DNA of 64,000 nt from Aquificaceae bacterium (GTDB taxonomy: Bacteria > Aquificota > Aquificia > Aquificales > Aquificaceae): positions 128,001 to 192,000 of the forward strand of contig JAXSNR010000001.1 of the NCBI GenBank assembly GCA_037925075.1, written 5' to 3'. This document shows, piece by piece, positions 39,024 to 50,016 of this stretch. The notes under the pieces are model-generated. The model was not told the origin of the DNA. It did no database searches and saw only the letters and a program-made list of their open reading frames with translations. The position numbers and the translations under genes were made by a program. Within the stretch, counting starts at the first letter, position 1. Each line of letters starts with the position of its first letter.

Positions 39024-40226
39024 GTGGCAAACATAGTTATAACCCCTATGACCTTTAAGCCAACCTATGAGCTTGATGCGGAAATAGTGGAAAGAAAGGG
39101 CACTGGACATCCAGACACCATATGCGATTACCTTGCGGAAAACCTCTCAAGGGAGCTTTGTCTTTGGTATCTGAGAGAGTACGGGGCGGTTATGCACCAC
39201 AATGTGGATAAGGCACTTCTGGTGGGTGGTGTGGCAAGGGCGGAGTTTGGAGGTGGTGAGGTGGTAGAGCCTATTGAAATATACCTCGTGGGTAGGGCAA
39301 TACTAGAAAAGGATGGTAAAAGGCTTGATGCCCACGAGCTTGCGGTAGAAAGTGCAAAAAGGTGGCTCAGAGAAAACATAAAAAATCTGAATGTGGAAAG
39401 GCATGTGGTGATACATACCAAAATAAAGCCCGGAAGCAGGGATTTGGTGGAGCTATTTGAAAGGTTTCAAAAGAAGGGAGAGGTGCCTTTGGCAAACGAT
39501 ACATCTTTTGGCGTAGGATACGCACCCCTTGATAGCCTTGAAAAGGCGGTTTTTGAAGCGGAGAGGTTTTTAAACTCAAAGAAAATGAAAGAGGAACATC
39601 CGGAGATAGGAGAAGATATAAAGGTCATGGGCGTGCGGATAAGGGACAAGTTTAGGCTTACTGTAGCCCTTGCCTTTGTTGGCAAATACATAAGGGACAT
39701 AGATGAGTACTTTCAAAAGAAGGAAGAAATACATAGGAAGGTAAAGGAGCATGTGGAGGATGTTGTAGGTAGAGAGGTAGAAATCTTTATAAACACCGCG
39801 GATAGTAGAGAAAACAACTCCGTTTATATAACTGTTACGGGAACATCCGCGGAACAAGGGGATGACGGTCAGGTGGGTCGTGGAAACAGGGTAAACGGGC
39901 TTATAACTCCCTACAGACCCATGAGCCTTGAGGCGGCAGCAGGGAAAAATCCCATATCTCATATAGGCAAAATATACAACAGGGTCGCAAACCTTATAGC
40001 CAAAAGGGTGGTAGAAGAAGTGGAAGAGGTGGAAGAAGCATATTGCTATATAGTTTCACAGATAGGAAAGCCCATAAATGAGCCACAGGTTTTGGATGTA
40101 AGCGTAAGGAGTAAGAAGGACCTTAAAATCCTTGAGCATATCGTGAAAAAGATAGCACAGGAAGAGCTGGAAAAGATGCCAGAAGTTTGGAAGGGCTTTG
40201 TGGAAGGGCTATACCCTGTGGCATAG
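39024..40226 (+). CDS. mat: Archaeal-type S-adenosylmethionine synthetase
   Basis: EIVERKGTGHPDTICD, HHNVDK, ANDTSFGVG, GEDIKVMG, GRGNRVNGLITP, GKNPISHIGKIY; GTG at 39024 fits SD spacing (TTG 39021 alternative). Confidence 0.92.
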   Translation: MANIVITPMTFKPTYELDAEIVERKGTGHPDTICDYLAENLSRELCLWYLREYGAVMHHNVDKALLVGGVARAEFGGGEVVEPIEIYLVGRAILEKDGKRLDAHELAVESAKRWLRENIKNLNVERHVVIHTKIKPGSRDLVELFERFQKKGEVPLANDTSFGVGYAPLDSLEKAVFEAERFLNSKKMKEEHPEIGEDIKVMGVRIRDKFRLTVALAFVGKYIRDIDEYFQKKEEIHRKVKEHVEDVVGREVEIFINTADSRENNSVYITVTGTSAEQGDDGQVGRGNRVNGLITPYRPMSLEAAAGKNPISHIGKIYNRVANLIAKRVVEEVEEVEEAYCYIVSQIGKPINEPQVLDVSVRSKKDLKILEHIVKKIAQEELEKMPEVWKGFVEGLYPVA

Positions 40227-40227
40227 A

Positions 40228-40243
40228 TTGATATATATCATAT
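40228..40243 (+). promoter_or_regulatory. CRP/FNR-like palindrome upstream of nuoA
   Basis: TTGAT-ATAT-ATCAT, one mismatch from the FNR consensus TTGAT-N4-ATCAA. Confidence 0.45.
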
Positions 40244-40283
40244 AATTTTGGAATAACTCAGCTAATCTGATAGAATAGAAGGT

Positions 40284-40640
40284 ATGGGGTATTTGGGAAT
40301 TTTAATCTTCTTTTTGATAGCTGTCTTTATAGGGTTTGCCTTTAGCTTTCTTAACGACTTACTTGGTCCAAGGACAAGGGAAAGGATGAAAGGGTATCCT
40401 TATGAGTGTGGCGTGCCCTTGTACGATCCAGAAGCAAGGGGAGTTTTTAAGCAGGGCTACTATCTTTTGGGTATATCCCTCATACTTTTTGATATTGAGG
40501 TAGCCTTTCTCTTCCCTTGGGTGGTGGTTTTTGAAGAGGTTGGTCTTTATGGACTTGTTGGTGCTCTACTTTTCATTTTCATCCTAACTCTCGGACTTGC
40601 CTACGAGTGGAAAAAGGGAGCTCTTAAGTGGCAGTTCTAA
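40284..40640 (+). CDS. nuoA: NADH-quinone oxidoreductase subunit A
   Basis: YECG, LFDIEVAFLFPW, YEWKKGALKW. Confidence 0.96.
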   Translation: MGYLGILIFFLIAVFIGFAFSFLNDLLGPRTRERMKGYPYECGVPLYDPEARGVFKQGYYLLGISLILFDIEVAFLFPWVVVFEEVGLYGLVGALLFIFILTLGLAYEWKKGALKWQF

Positions 40641-40666
40641 AAGTGAAGCATATAATTTAAAAAGCC

Positions 40667-41035
40667 ATGGCGGTACTGCCTTATGAGGTTTATAAGCTTT
40701 TGGAGGACGAGGTAGGAAAGGATAAGGCGGAGGGGATTGGCAAAGTAATTGAAGAGACGTCAAACACCATAGAAAAGAAGGCTCTTGAACAAAAACCCAT
40801 TCTAAAGGCTGAGCTAAAGGAGGAACTCACCAAAGAGCTTGCTACAGAGGCGGATATTGCGGAAACTAAGGCAGAAGTAGAAAAGGTTAGAGCAGAAGTT
40901 AAGATGCTTGAGGCAAAATTTACCGCAGAGCTTAAGGTCATAAAGGTATGGCTTATCATACTTACTGTGCTTGTGGCGGTCTTTAACAGGGACGCTTTGA
41001 GCTTAATTTTAGAGATAATAAAACTTCTTAAGTAA
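40667..41035 (+). CDS. DUF1640/CCDC90-like coiled-coil protein with C-terminal TM
   Basis: LATEADI heptad coiled coil and C-terminal TM; paralog of 62689-63027. Confidence 0.7.
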   Translation: MAVLPYEVYKLLEDEVGKDKAEGIGKVIEETSNTIEKKALEQKPILKAELKEELTKELATEADIAETKAEVEKVRAEVKMLEAKFTAELKVIKVWLIILTVLVAVFNRDALSLILEIIKLLK

Positions 41036-41046
41036 GGAGGTTTGAA

Positions 41047-41583
41047 ATGGCTACGCTTAACTCAAATGGCTTTGTCTTGACCACGGTGGATGAGCTTCTC
41101 AGTTGGGGCAGGCGAAACGCTTTGTGGCCTCTTACCATAGGACTTGCCTGTTGTGCCATAGAGATGATGCACGCCGCAGCTTCAAGGTTTGACCTTGACA
41201 GGCTTGGTGTAATATTTAGAGCTTCTCCAAGACAAGCGGACCTTTTGATAGTAGCTGGGACTGTGGTAAACAAGGTTGCACCCATGCTAAAGCTTCTCTG
41301 GGAGCAGATGCCAGACCCTAAATGGTGTATAACCATGGGAGGCTGTGCGTCCGCTGGTGGCCCATTTCCCACCTACTCAACCCTCCAAGGCATGGACAGA
41401 ATAATACCCGTGGATGTTTATATTCCCGGTTGCCCGCCACATCCTCAGGGGCTTTTGTATGGTATACTACAGCTTCAGAAAAAGATAAAGGAAAAAGGCG
41501 TCAAAAAATACGACAAGGCTTTTGAGGAGTTTAAGAAGGATATAGAGCGTCAGGGGCTTATACCAAGAGAAATAACTGTATGA
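41047..41583 (+). CDS. nuoB: NADH-quinone oxidoreductase subunit B
   Basis: [37 protein letters not shown]. Confidence 0.97.
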   Translation: MATLNSNGFVLTTVDELLSWGRRNALWPLTIGLACCAIEMMHAAASRFDLDRLGVIFRASPRQADLLIVAGTVVNKVAPMLKLLWEQMPDPKWCITMGGCASAGGPFPTYSTLQGMDRIIPVDVYIPGCPPHPQGLLYGILQLQKKIKEKGVKKYDKAFEEFKKDIERQGLIPREITV

Positions 41584-41591
41584 GGTGAAAC

Positions 41592-43349
41592 ATGCCTTGG
41601 ATGAACAGAGTGGTAGCGGACAGAGTTAAGTTTGAGTTCAAAGATGTAGAAGTACAGCTTACAAAACACACAACAAACCTGCATGTAAGACAAGAAAGGC
41701 TTTTGGAGCTTATGAAACATCTCAAGGAAAAGGAGGGCTACAGGCATTTTATAGACCATACATGCATAGATTTTCCTGAAAAGAAAGAGAGATTTCAGGG
41801 CGTGTACATTCTTTATAACCCAGATACCAACGAAAGAGTTATTGTAAAAACGTGGGCGAAGGATGGAAAGCTACCATCCCTTGAAAAGCTCTGGCCTTGT
41901 GCTCGTTGGGCTGAAAGGGAAGCCTACGATATGTTTGGTGTTATCTACGAAGGGCACGAGAACCTCAGAAGAATGTTTATGTGGGAGGGCTATCCATACC
42001 ATCCTCTTAGAAAAGACTTCCCCTTGGGAGGTATTCCAGAGATTGAACTTCCATCTCTGACGGAGCTTTATGCAGGTAGGACAGAACCACCAAGCCATGA
42101 CTATGAACTTATGCATACAAGGATTGCAACCCTTGAGGACTTAGAAAGAACTGAAAAGTCAAGACTTCAAAAGAAGGCACAGCTTGTGCTCAACTGGGGA
42201 CCCTTGCATCCGGGAACCCATGGAACCATATGGTTTTTGTTTGACCTTGACGGTGAGAAGGTGGTACAGTCTGACGTAATATTGGGACAACTACATAGGG
42301 GAATGGAAAAGATAGCAGAAAACGTATACTATTTCCAGTTTCTTCCCTACACAGACAGAATGGACTACATATCTGCCATATGCAATGAACTATCTTACGT
42401 GACCGCTGTGGAAAAGCTTTTGGAAGTTGAAGTACCAGAGAAGGCAAAATACATAAGGACTATGTTTGCGGAGCTTCAGAGGATAAACTCCCATCTCCTT
42501 TGGCTTGGCACTGGAGCCCTTGACCTTGGAGCTCTAACCGTATTCCTTTATGCCTTTAGAGAAAGGGAAAAGATAATGGACATAATAGAGGGTAATGCGG
42601 GCTTTAGACTTACTTCCGCCTTTTTGAGGATAGGAGGAGTGCATTATGACCTTGCGGAAGGCACCTTAGATGTGGTAAAAGCCTTTTTAAAGGACTTTCC
42701 GAACAGGCTAAAAGAATACCATAACCTACTTACAAGAAACCGCATATGGCTAAGAAGGACAAAGGATATGGGCGTTATAACCCGCGAGGATGTTTTCAAC
42801 TATGGACTTAGTGGTCCAGTTGCAAGAGGCTCCGGCGTAGCTTACGATATAAGAAGGCTTGAACCTTACGCAGCTTATGATGAGGTAGAGTTTGACATCC
42901 CAGTGGGAGAAGTGGGGGACGTTTATGACCGTTATTTAGTGCGTATGGAGGAGATGGTTCAAAGTTTAAGGATAATAGAGCAATGCTTGGCAAAGTTAGA
43001 AAAGCTTCCCAAGTCCGCCCCCTATGTGAACAAGGAACATCCCGCGGTGATGGCACCAAAGGAAGAGGTTTTTATGGCACTTGAGGATATGGTTAAGAAC
43101 TTCCGTATAGTGGTGCACGGGGAATCTGCACCACCGGGGGAAGTATATTCAAGCGGAGAAAATCCAAGGGGAGAGCTTGGCTTTTACATACACTCCATTG
43201 GAAACTCGAAGCCCTACAGGCTCAGGATAAGGTCAGGTGCTCTTTATAACCTTTCCATCTTTCCAAAACTTATACAAAATGGAACCATAGCGGACGCAAT
43301 AGCACTTCTCGGAAGTTTAGACCCAGTAGTTGGAGAGACAGACCGATGA
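41592..43349 (+). CDS. nuoCD: NADH-quinone oxidoreductase fused subunit C/D
   Basis: EREAYDMFG, HPLRKDFP (C); NWGPLHPGTHG, LHRGMEK, RMDY, ENPRGELG, DPVVGETDR (D). Confidence 0.95.
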   Translation: MPWMNRVVADRVKFEFKDVEVQLTKHTTNLHVRQERLLELMKHLKEKEGYRHFIDHTCIDFPEKKERFQGVYILYNPDTNERVIVKTWAKDGKLPSLEKLWPCARWAEREAYDMFGVIYEGHENLRRMFMWEGYPYHPLRKDFPLGGIPEIELPSLTELYAGRTEPPSHDYELMHTRIATLEDLERTEKSRLQKKAQLVLNWGPLHPGTHGTIWFLFDLDGEKVVQSDVILGQLHRGMEKIAENVYYFQFLPYTDRMDYISAICNELSYVTAVEKLLEVEVPEKAKYIRTMFAELQRINSHLLWLGTGALDLGALTVFLYAFREREKIMDIIEGNAGFRLTSAFLRIGGVHYDLAEGTLDVVKAFLKDFPNRLKEYHNLLTRNRIWLRRTKDMGVITREDVFNYGLSGPVARGSGVAYDIRRLEPYAAYDEVEFDIPVGEVGDVYDRYLVRMEEMVQSLRIIEQCLAKLEKLPKSAPYVNKEHPAVMAPKEEVFMALEDMVKNFRIVVHGESAPPGEVYSSGENPRGELGFYIHSIGNSKPYRLRIRSGALYNLSIFPKLIQNGTIADAIALLGSLDPVVGETDR

Positions 43350-43882
43350 CTGTAAAGGAGCTACTTACCTACGAGGACATAAGCCTGTTGCCAAAAGAAG
43401 GTAGGTATGAGGTGATAGAAGGGAGGCTTTTGGAGATGTCACCAGCTGGTGGATGGCCCTCAAGAGCGGTTGCAAAGATAACAGAAAGGCTTGTTAGGTC
43501 CCTTGAAGATACTGGCAAAGGCTACGTGTTTGCGGGAGAGCTGGGACTTGTTATAAAAAAAGAGCCCTTAACTCTTAGGGCTTCCGACATAGCCTTTTAC
43601 TCAAAGGAAAGGCTAAGCAGTATCCCCAAGGGCTTTTTACACGAACCGCCAGACCTTGTGATAGAAGTTATCGCAGAAGAGACATCTATGGAATACTTTG
43701 AAGAGAAGCTAAGAGATTACATAAACTTTGGAGTGGGAAGGATTGTTTTTGTGGACCTTATAAAAAGGCTCGTGCTTGTGGTGGATGAAGAAAGAAAAAT
43801 AGGAGTTTACGAGTTTGAAAGGGATGTGGAAGTTTATAAGGGATTAAAGATAAAATTTTCGGAGATGCTGGAGGTTATGTGA
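43346..43882 (+). CDS. Uma2 (DUF820) family endonuclease-like protein
   Basis: LTYED..LP..GRYEVIEG, PDLVIEV, EKLRDY..FGV. Confidence 0.85.
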   Translation: MTVKELLTYEDISLLPKEGRYEVIEGRLLEMSPAGGWPSRAVAKITERLVRSLEDTGKGYVFAGELGLVIKKEPLTLRASDIAFYSKERLSSIPKGFLHEPPDLVIEVIAEETSMEYFEEKLRDYINFGVGRIVFVDLIKRLVLVVDEERKIGVYEFERDVEVYKGLKIKFSEMLEVM

Positions 43883-44889
43883 TGGAGCTTTGGCTTTCCC
43901 TTTTGATAACCCTTATAAAAATCCTTGTGGTTCTTGGAGTCTTTCTTGGTATAGGGGCTTACCTTACATGGTTTGAGAGGAAGCTTGCAGGACACATTCA
44001 GGCCCGTATGGGTCCAAAGCTAGTGGGTCCCTTTGGACTTTTGCAACCTTTGGCGGATGGCATAAAGCTATTAACAAAGGAGTCTGTAATACCGCAGAAT
44101 GCGGACAAACCCGTTTATTACCTTGCGGTGGTTATGGCGGTAGCTCCAGCTATACTTCTCTTTTCCGTTATACCCTTTGGTCCTGAATTTACACTTTTTG
44201 GCTACAAGATAAAGCCCATCGTCGCAGATGTAAACATAGCTCTTTTACTCGTCTTTGCCTTTGGCTCTTTGGCGGTCTATGGCACCATCTTTTCTGGCTG
44301 GGCTTCTAACTCCAAGTATGCCTTTCTTGGCTCTTTAAGGAAAGCTGCGGTGATAATCAGTTATGAGGTGGTGCTTGGCTTTTCTGTGCTTGGTGTTATT
44401 TTGCTTGCTGGTACTATGAGTACCACAGGTATAGTGCAGGCTCAGATAGAAAAAGGCGTTTGGTTCATAGTCTATCAGCCTGTCGCTTTTGTCCTATACC
44501 TTTTTTGCATGCTTGCAGAATCTGGAAGAGTGCCCTTTGACATACAGGAGGCGGAGGCAGAGCTTGTGACAGGCTATAACGTGGAATACGGCGGTATGAG
44601 GTTTGGAGTTTTTCCATTGGCGGAATGGTATCTGAATGTGATGGCACTCTCCGCCATTGCAGTGGTGCTATTCTTTGGAGGCTGGTCAGGACCACACATC
44701 TTTGGACCCCTTTCTCCATACCTGTGGTTTCTTATAAAGATGTTTGCCCTTGTCTTCTTTGTGCTCTGGCTTCATTGGACCTTGCCAAGATTTCAGGCGA
44801 GAGACATCACAGAAATAGGCTGGAAGATTATGCTACCCCTTTCTATAGCAAATGTGGTTTTAACCGCTGTGCTGGCGTATATTCTATAA
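43879..44889 (+). CDS. nuoH: NADH-quinone oxidoreductase subunit H
   Basis: ERKLAGHIQARMGP, GLLQPLADGIKL, RVPFDIQEAEAELVTGYNVEY. Confidence 0.96.
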   Translation: MMELWLSLLITLIKILVVLGVFLGIGAYLTWFERKLAGHIQARMGPKLVGPFGLLQPLADGIKLLTKESVIPQNADKPVYYLAVVMAVAPAILLFSVIPFGPEFTLFGYKIKPIVADVNIALLLVFAFGSLAVYGTIFSGWASNSKYAFLGSLRKAAVIISYEVVLGFSVLGVILLAGTMSTTGIVQAQIEKGVWFIVYQPVAFVLYLFCMLAESGRVPFDIQEAEAELVTGYNVEYGGMRFGVFPLAEWYLNVMALSAIAVVLFFGGWSGPHIFGPLSPYLWFLIKMFALVFFVLWLHWTLPRFQARDITEIGWKIMLPLSIANVVLTAVLAYIL

Positions 44890-45110
44890 TGGTGGTAAAA
44901 CCTCAGAAAAGGTTGGAAGAAGGGTTTGAGAGGATTGTGGCGCACTTTATGCAGGAGGTTGTGGACAAAAGGTCTATTCTCCTCATGGAAAGCCTAGGTT
45001 TTAACGAAGGCTTTGTTAAGCTTTTGTCCCAAGCTGGTATCTATGCTATGGCATACAGAGAATGGGAATACATGGATATACTTAACTTTGAGGAGGTGAA
45101 ACATGTTTAG
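44889..45110 (+). CDS. Hypothetical protein (73 aa)
   Basis: [12 protein letters not shown]...; TAATG overlap with nuoH and overlap with the ilvD start. Confidence 0.5.
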   Translation: MVVKPQKRLEEGFERIVAHFMQEVVDKRSILLMESLGFNEGFVKLLSQAGIYAMAYREWEYMDILNFEEVKHV

Positions 45111-46770
45111 GAGTGACAAGGTTAAAAAGGGCATAGAGAGGTCGCCCCACAGGGCACTTCTCAGAGCTTGTGGGCTTACCGACGAGGACTTTGACAAGCC
45201 TCTTATTGGTATTGCTAACTCATACATTGACATAATACCGGGACACGTGCATCTTAGAGAGTTTGTAGAGCCTATAAAGGAGGAGGTTCGGAAGGCTGGC
45301 GGTGTGCCTATAGAGTTTAACGTCATAGGTGTGGATGATGGCATAGCTATGGGCCATTACGGCATGCATTACTCCCTTCCATCAAGGGAGCTTATAGCGG
45401 ATTCTATAGAGACGGTGGTAGAGGCTCACCAGCTTGACGCCCTCATATGCATTCCCAACTGCGATAAGATAGTCCCCGGCATGCTTATGGCTGCCGCAAG
45501 GCTAAACATCCCTACCATTTTTATAAGCGGTGGTCCCATGCTTGTGGGAGAAGCTAATGGTAAGAAGGTGGACCTGATAAGCGTCTTTGAAGGTATAGGA
45601 CAGTTCAAGGCAGGAAAGATCACAGAAAGGGAATTAAAGGTGATAGAAGAGCATGCATGCCCTACCTGTGGAAGCTGTTCTGGTCTTTTTACCGCAAACT
45701 CCATGAACTGCATAACAGAGATGCTTGGGCTTGCTTTACCGGGCAACGGCACAATACCCGCAGTGGACCCAAGAAGAGAGCTACTTGCAAGACAAACAGC
45801 AAGGCAGATAATGGAGCTTTTGAGGAAAGATATAAGACCAAGGGACATACTCACGGTGGAAGCCTTTGACAACGCCTTTGCGGTAGATATTGCCTTTGGA
45901 GGCTCTTCAAACACCATACTGCACTTGCTTGCCATAGCCCGCGAGGCGGGTGTGGAGTACGACCTTGCACGTATAAACCATATATCAAAGAGAACACCCA
46001 CCATTTGTAAGATATCTCCCGCTTCCCATTACCACATACAAGACCTTGACAACGCCGGAGGTATACCAGCCATCTTAAAGGAACTCATAAGGGGTGGATA
46101 CTTGCCTCATCCCGATAGACCCACAGTAAGCTTAAAAAGGCTTAGAGAAATAGCTCAAGAGGCGCCAGAGGCAGATGGAGAAGTGATAAGAAGGATAGAA
46201 GAACCCTACTCCAAGGAAGGAGGTATAGCCATACTCTTTGGAAACCTTGCACCAGAAGGTGCTGTGGTAAAAAGCGCCGGCGTTGACCCCAATATGCTCA
46301 CCTACAAAGGTAAAGCCATATGCTTTGACTCAGAAGAGGAAGCCATAGAGGGCATTCTTGGAGGAAAAGTAAAGCCCGGTCATGTGGTGGTGATACGTTA
46401 CGAAGGTCCAAAGGGTGGACCGGGCATGAGGGAGATGCTTTCACCCACCTCAGCCATAATGGGCATAGGGCTTGGAGACAAGGTGGCTCTCATTACCGAT
46501 GGCAGGTTTTCTGGTGGTACGAGGGGCGCGTGTGTGGGACATGTGGCACCGGAAGCGGCGGCAGGCGGACCAATAGGTGTGGTACAAGATGGCGACGAAA
46601 TCCTTATAGACATACCCAACAGAAGGCTTGAGCTTTTGATACCAGAAGAAGAGCTTAGGAAAAGAATGGAAATTTTCGTTCCCAAGCAAAAGCCTATAAA
46701 AAGTCCATGGCTAAGAAGATATACAAAACTCGTTTCCTCCGCCTCAAAAGGTGCCATACTTGAAGCATGA
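45103..46770 (+). CDS. ilvD: Dihydroxy-acid dehydratase
   Basis: [46 protein letters not shown]. Confidence 0.97.
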   Translation: MFRSDKVKKGIERSPHRALLRACGLTDEDFDKPLIGIANSYIDIIPGHVHLREFVEPIKEEVRKAGGVPIEFNVIGVDDGIAMGHYGMHYSLPSRELIADSIETVVEAHQLDALICIPNCDKIVPGMLMAAARLNIPTIFISGGPMLVGEANGKKVDLISVFEGIGQFKAGKITERELKVIEEHACPTCGSCSGLFTANSMNCITEMLGLALPGNGTIPAVDPRRELLARQTARQIMELLRKDIRPRDILTVEAFDNAFAVDIAFGGSSNTILHLLAIAREAGVEYDLARINHISKRTPTICKISPASHYHIQDLDNAGGIPAILKELIRGGYLPHPDRPTVSLKRLREIAQEAPEADGEVIRRIEEPYSKEGGIAILFGNLAPEGAVVKSAGVDPNMLTYKGKAICFDSEEEAIEGILGGKVKPGHVVVIRYEGPKGGPGMREMLSPTSAIMGIGLGDKVALITDGRFSGGTRGACVGHVAPEAAAGGPIGVVQDGDEILIDIPNRRLELLIPEEELRKRMEIFVPKQKPIKSPWLRRYTKLVSSASKGAILEA

Positions 46771-46783
46771 TATAATGTAGGGC

Positions 46784-47650
46784 ATGAAGCCTATTTTAGA
46801 CCTTTTGCCTTTCTTGCTTTTTCTTTTGGTTGTGCTTGCGAGCATAGCTGGGGGAAACATACTTAAATTCATAGGAGGCTTAGCCATGGCTTTCTCTCCT
46901 CTGATAGTGATAGCTATTGCGGTGGTGGTGTTTATTGCGGTTGCGGTAAAGATAGTGCCAGAATATCAAAGGGCAGTCATCTTCAGGCTTGGAAGGGTGA
47001 TAGGTGCCAAAGGACCCGGGCTTTTCATACTTATACCCATAATAGACAGGATGGTAAAGGTGGACCTAAGAACTGTAACCATGGATGTACCCACTCAAGA
47101 CATAATAACAAGAGATAACGTTTCTGTAAGCGTTGATGCGGTGGTTTATTTTAGGGTTGTAGACCCTGTAAAGGCTATAGTTCAGGTAGAAAACTATCTT
47201 TATGCTACCTCTCAAATAGCCCAGACCACACTTAGAAGCGTATGCGGTGCTGCGGAGCTTGACGAGCTACTCTCCGAAAGGGAAAAGCTCAACATTCAGC
47301 TTCAGGAGATAATAGACAGACAGACAGACCCTTGGGGTGTAAAGGTGGTGGCGGTTGAGTTAAAGAAGATAGACCTACCAGAAGAGCTTCGCAGAGCCAT
47401 GGCAAGGCAGGCTGAGGCGGAAAGGGAAAGAAGGGCGAAGATAATCACCGCGGAGGCGGAATATCAAGCGGCGCAAAAGCTCGCCGAAGCGGCACAGATA
47501 CTTTCAACCCAGCCCATAGCTATACAACTTAGATACCTTGAGACCATACAAAACGTGGCGACAAAGCCTGGCAATACGGTTCTTGTGCCAATACCGACAG
47601 AGCTTTTTAGGGTTTTCTTAGGTGAGGGTAAAATACAAGGTCAAGGTTAA
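46784..47650 (+). CDS. SPFH / stomatin-like (slipin) protein
   Basis: [48 protein letters not shown]. Confidence 0.93.
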   Translation: MKPILDLLPFLLFLLVVLASIAGGNILKFIGGLAMAFSPLIVIAIAVVVFIAVAVKIVPEYQRAVIFRLGRVIGAKGPGLFILIPIIDRMVKVDLRTVTMDVPTQDIITRDNVSVSVDAVVYFRVVDPVKAIVQVENYLYATSQIAQTTLRSVCGAAELDELLSEREKLNIQLQEIIDRQTDPWGVKVVAVELKKIDLPEELRRAMARQAEAERERRAKIITAEAEYQAAQKLAEAAQILSTQPIAIQLRYLETIQNVATKPGNTVLVPIPTELFRVFLGEGKIQGQG

Positions 47651-48491
47651 TAAGGCAGGTGTTATATTCATAGGTATAACCATATTTCTGGGTGTGGCGG
47701 CTGTAAATACCGCCAACAATCTACTTTATCTTGTGGTTTCCTATATGCTTTCTTTTATGCTACTTTCTGGCGTCCTATCCCTTCACAATCTGAGGGGGCT
47801 TGAGGTGGTGGTCGTTCCACCAGATGAGGTTTATGCGGGCTCAAGGACAAACCTTAGGGTGGTGGTTAGAAACAGAAAAAGGCTTCCCTCCTTTCTTATA
47901 ACCATACGGATAGATGGAAATGACTTTGTATTCCCCCTTATACTTGGAAAAAAGGAAGCGGAAGGCACTCTATCCAAAACCTTTGAAAGAAGAGGGCATT
48001 ATTCAACGGTGAGCCTTGAGGTGAGCTCTTCTTTTCCCGTAGGCCTCTTTGAAAGGTTCTATATGGTGGATGTTCCCATAAACCTTGTTGTATTCCCCCA
48101 TCCTATGACAGACAAGGAGAGGTTTTTGGGCATTTTAACGAAGGAAAAAGAGCGGGCAAATTTTCAAAGCACAAGGCGAGGCTATGAAGAGCTGTACGGT
48201 GTAAGAGAGTATTCCAACGAACCTATTAAGTTGATTCATTGGAAGCTGTCCGCCAAAACGGGCAGTCTATATGTGAAGGAGATGGTGGAAGAGTCCACAC
48301 CACCAGTGGTATTGAGCTTAGATATGGTGGAAGGCACCACAGAAGAACGGATATCAAAGCTTGCATACTTGGTGATAAAGCTCGTCTCAGAGGGAAGGGC
48401 TGTAGGACTAAAACTGGCAGATAGAACCATAGAACCAGCAACAGGCAATTATCATAAAAGAAAGCTTCTTACCGAGTTAGCCCTCTTGTAG
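47622..48491 (+). CDS. DUF58 domain membrane protein
   Basis: [40 protein letters not shown]. Confidence 0.85.
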   Translation: MRVKYKVKVNKAGVIFIGITIFLGVAAVNTANNLLYLVVSYMLSFMLLSGVLSLHNLRGLEVVVVPPDEVYAGSRTNLRVVVRNRKRLPSFLITIRIDGNDFVFPLILGKKEAEGTLSKTFERRGHYSTVSLEVSSSFPVGLFERFYMVDVPINLVVFPHPMTDKERFLGILTKEKERANFQSTRRGYEELYGVREYSNEPIKLIHWKLSAKTGSLYVKEMVEESTPPVVLSLDMVEGTTEERISKLAYLVIKLVSEGRAVGLKLADRTIEPATGNYHKRKLLTELALL

Positions 48492-49568
48492 GAGTGCCTT
48501 TGGGTATGAACCAAGAACTTTGACCATCTGGGACCTTTCCTGCAAAAGCTCCAAAGCCCTTTTTACATTCTCTTCCTCCACGTGTCCCTCCAAGTCCACA
48601 AAGAACACATAATCCCAAAGCTTTTTCCTTGAGGGCCTTGAGACTATTTTTGTAAGATTAACACCGTACCTGTAAAAGCTTTCCAAGGCTCTGTATAGGG
48701 CTCCCGCTTCGTCCCTTATGGCGAATATGAGGCTTGTTTTGTCCTTGCCTGTGGGCTTCATTCCCCTTTTGCCTATAACAAGGAATCTCGTGTAGTTGTT
48801 GGGATTGTCCTGTATGTTCTCCGCAAGTATGTTAAGGTGGTAGGTATAGGCAGCTACCTCGCTTGCAATGGCTCCTGCGTCCTCCAACTCCATCACAAGG
48901 TCGCAGGCTTTGGCAGTGCTCTCCGTCTCTATAAGGCTTGCCTGTGGTAGATTTTTCCTCAGCCACTCTTTACACTGGGCGAGGGCGTGTTTGTGGGAAT
49001 AGATGGTCTTTATGTCTTCAAGACCACTGGCGGTAGAAAGCAGGTTGAGTTTAACGGGTATGACTATCTCCCCAACGATTTTGAGGTCAGAATCTAAAAA
49101 CATATCAAGGGTGTAATTGACCACTCCCTCTGTGGTGTTTTCCACAGGAACCACCCCATAATCAACCCTGCCCACATCCACTTCTTTAAAAACATCCCCT
49201 ATGGTGCCCACCGGCACATAATGAGCGGAAAAGCCAAAGTATTCCAAAGCAGCTTGATGTGTAAAGGTTGCCTTTGGGCCAAGGTAGGCAATCTTCAGCT
49301 CCTTTTCAAGGGAAAGGCATGCAGATATTATCTCCCTGTATATATGAAGTACCGCTTCGGTAGGAAACTCCTCTCCATAAACTTCCTTGTTAAGCCTTAT
49401 GATGCGGTTTATTATCTCCCTTTCCCTCTCTGGTGCATGGACTTCAAGCCCCATCTCCTTCTTTATCTCACCCGCCCTTTTGGCAAGCTTTGCCCTTTCA
49501 TTAAGTAGCCTTAAAATCTCCTCATCAATAATGTCTATTTTTCTTCTTAGATCCTTAAGGTCTTCCAT
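48477..49568 (-). CDS. pheA: Chorismate mutase / prephenate dehydratase
   Basis: LRRKIDIIDEEIL, AYLGPKATF, PVENTTEG, NYTRF, ACT domain. Confidence 0.96.
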   Translation of the reverse strand: MEDLKDLRRKIDIIDEEILRLLNERAKLAKRAGEIKKEMGLEVHAPEREREIINRIIRLNKEVYGEEFPTEAVLHIYREIISACLSLEKELKIAYLGPKATFTHQAALEYFGFSAHYVPVGTIGDVFKEVDVGRVDYGVVPVENTTEGVVNYTLDMFLDSDLKIVGEIVIPVKLNLLSTASGLEDIKTIYSHKHALAQCKEWLRKNLPQASLIETESTAKACDLVMELEDAGAIASEVAAYTYHLNILAENIQDNPNNYTRFLVIGKRGMKPTGKDKTSLIFAIRDEAGALYRALESFYRYGVNLTKIVSRPSRKKLWDYVFFVDLEGHVEEENVKRALELLQERSQMVKVLGSYPKALLQEG

Positions 49569-49571
49569 CCT

Positions 49572-49997
49572 TTACTTGTTAAGATACAACCCTTTGGCCC
49601 ACTCACTGGGCGGATGCCTTAGAGTATAAACACCCTTTTCCTTCCAGTATTTTCTTCTCTTCCTGTATATCTCCCTTAGGTAGTCCTTGAGCATAAGGCT
49701 TGGATATTTGCCCTTTGCCACCTTATGAAGATGCCACCACCACTTTTCTATAGGTTGGCTGTCATCATCTTGCATGGGTTCGTCAGAGCCCTCAAGAAGC
49801 TCAAGAAACCTATGCACATTCTGGAAGAGCCTTCTGTCCGCCTTTTTCACATAGACGCTTTCTTCAAGCCCCTCCTGATGGACCTTTTCTCTTAGCTTGA
49901 TTATTATGTCCGGGTATCCCACGCCGTAGTTAAAGAGCAGTTCAACCTCCGCAAAATAGATATAATCTGTGTCAAGTTTCCTTTTAAATTCACCCAT
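49572..49997 (-). CDS. Hypothetical protein
   Basis: ATG at 49997 (MGEFKRK...) avoids overlap with thiO; PIEKWWWHL motif. Confidence 0.65.
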   Translation of the reverse strand: MGEFKRKLDTDYIYFAEVELLFNYGVGYPDIIIKLREKVHQEGLEESVYVKKADRRLFQNVHRFLELLEGSDEPMQDDDSQPIEKWWWHLHKVAKGKYPSLMLKDYLREIYRKRRKYWKEKGVYTLRHPPSEWAKGLYLNK

Positions 49998-50016
49998 AAT
50001 AGGTAAATTATATACC

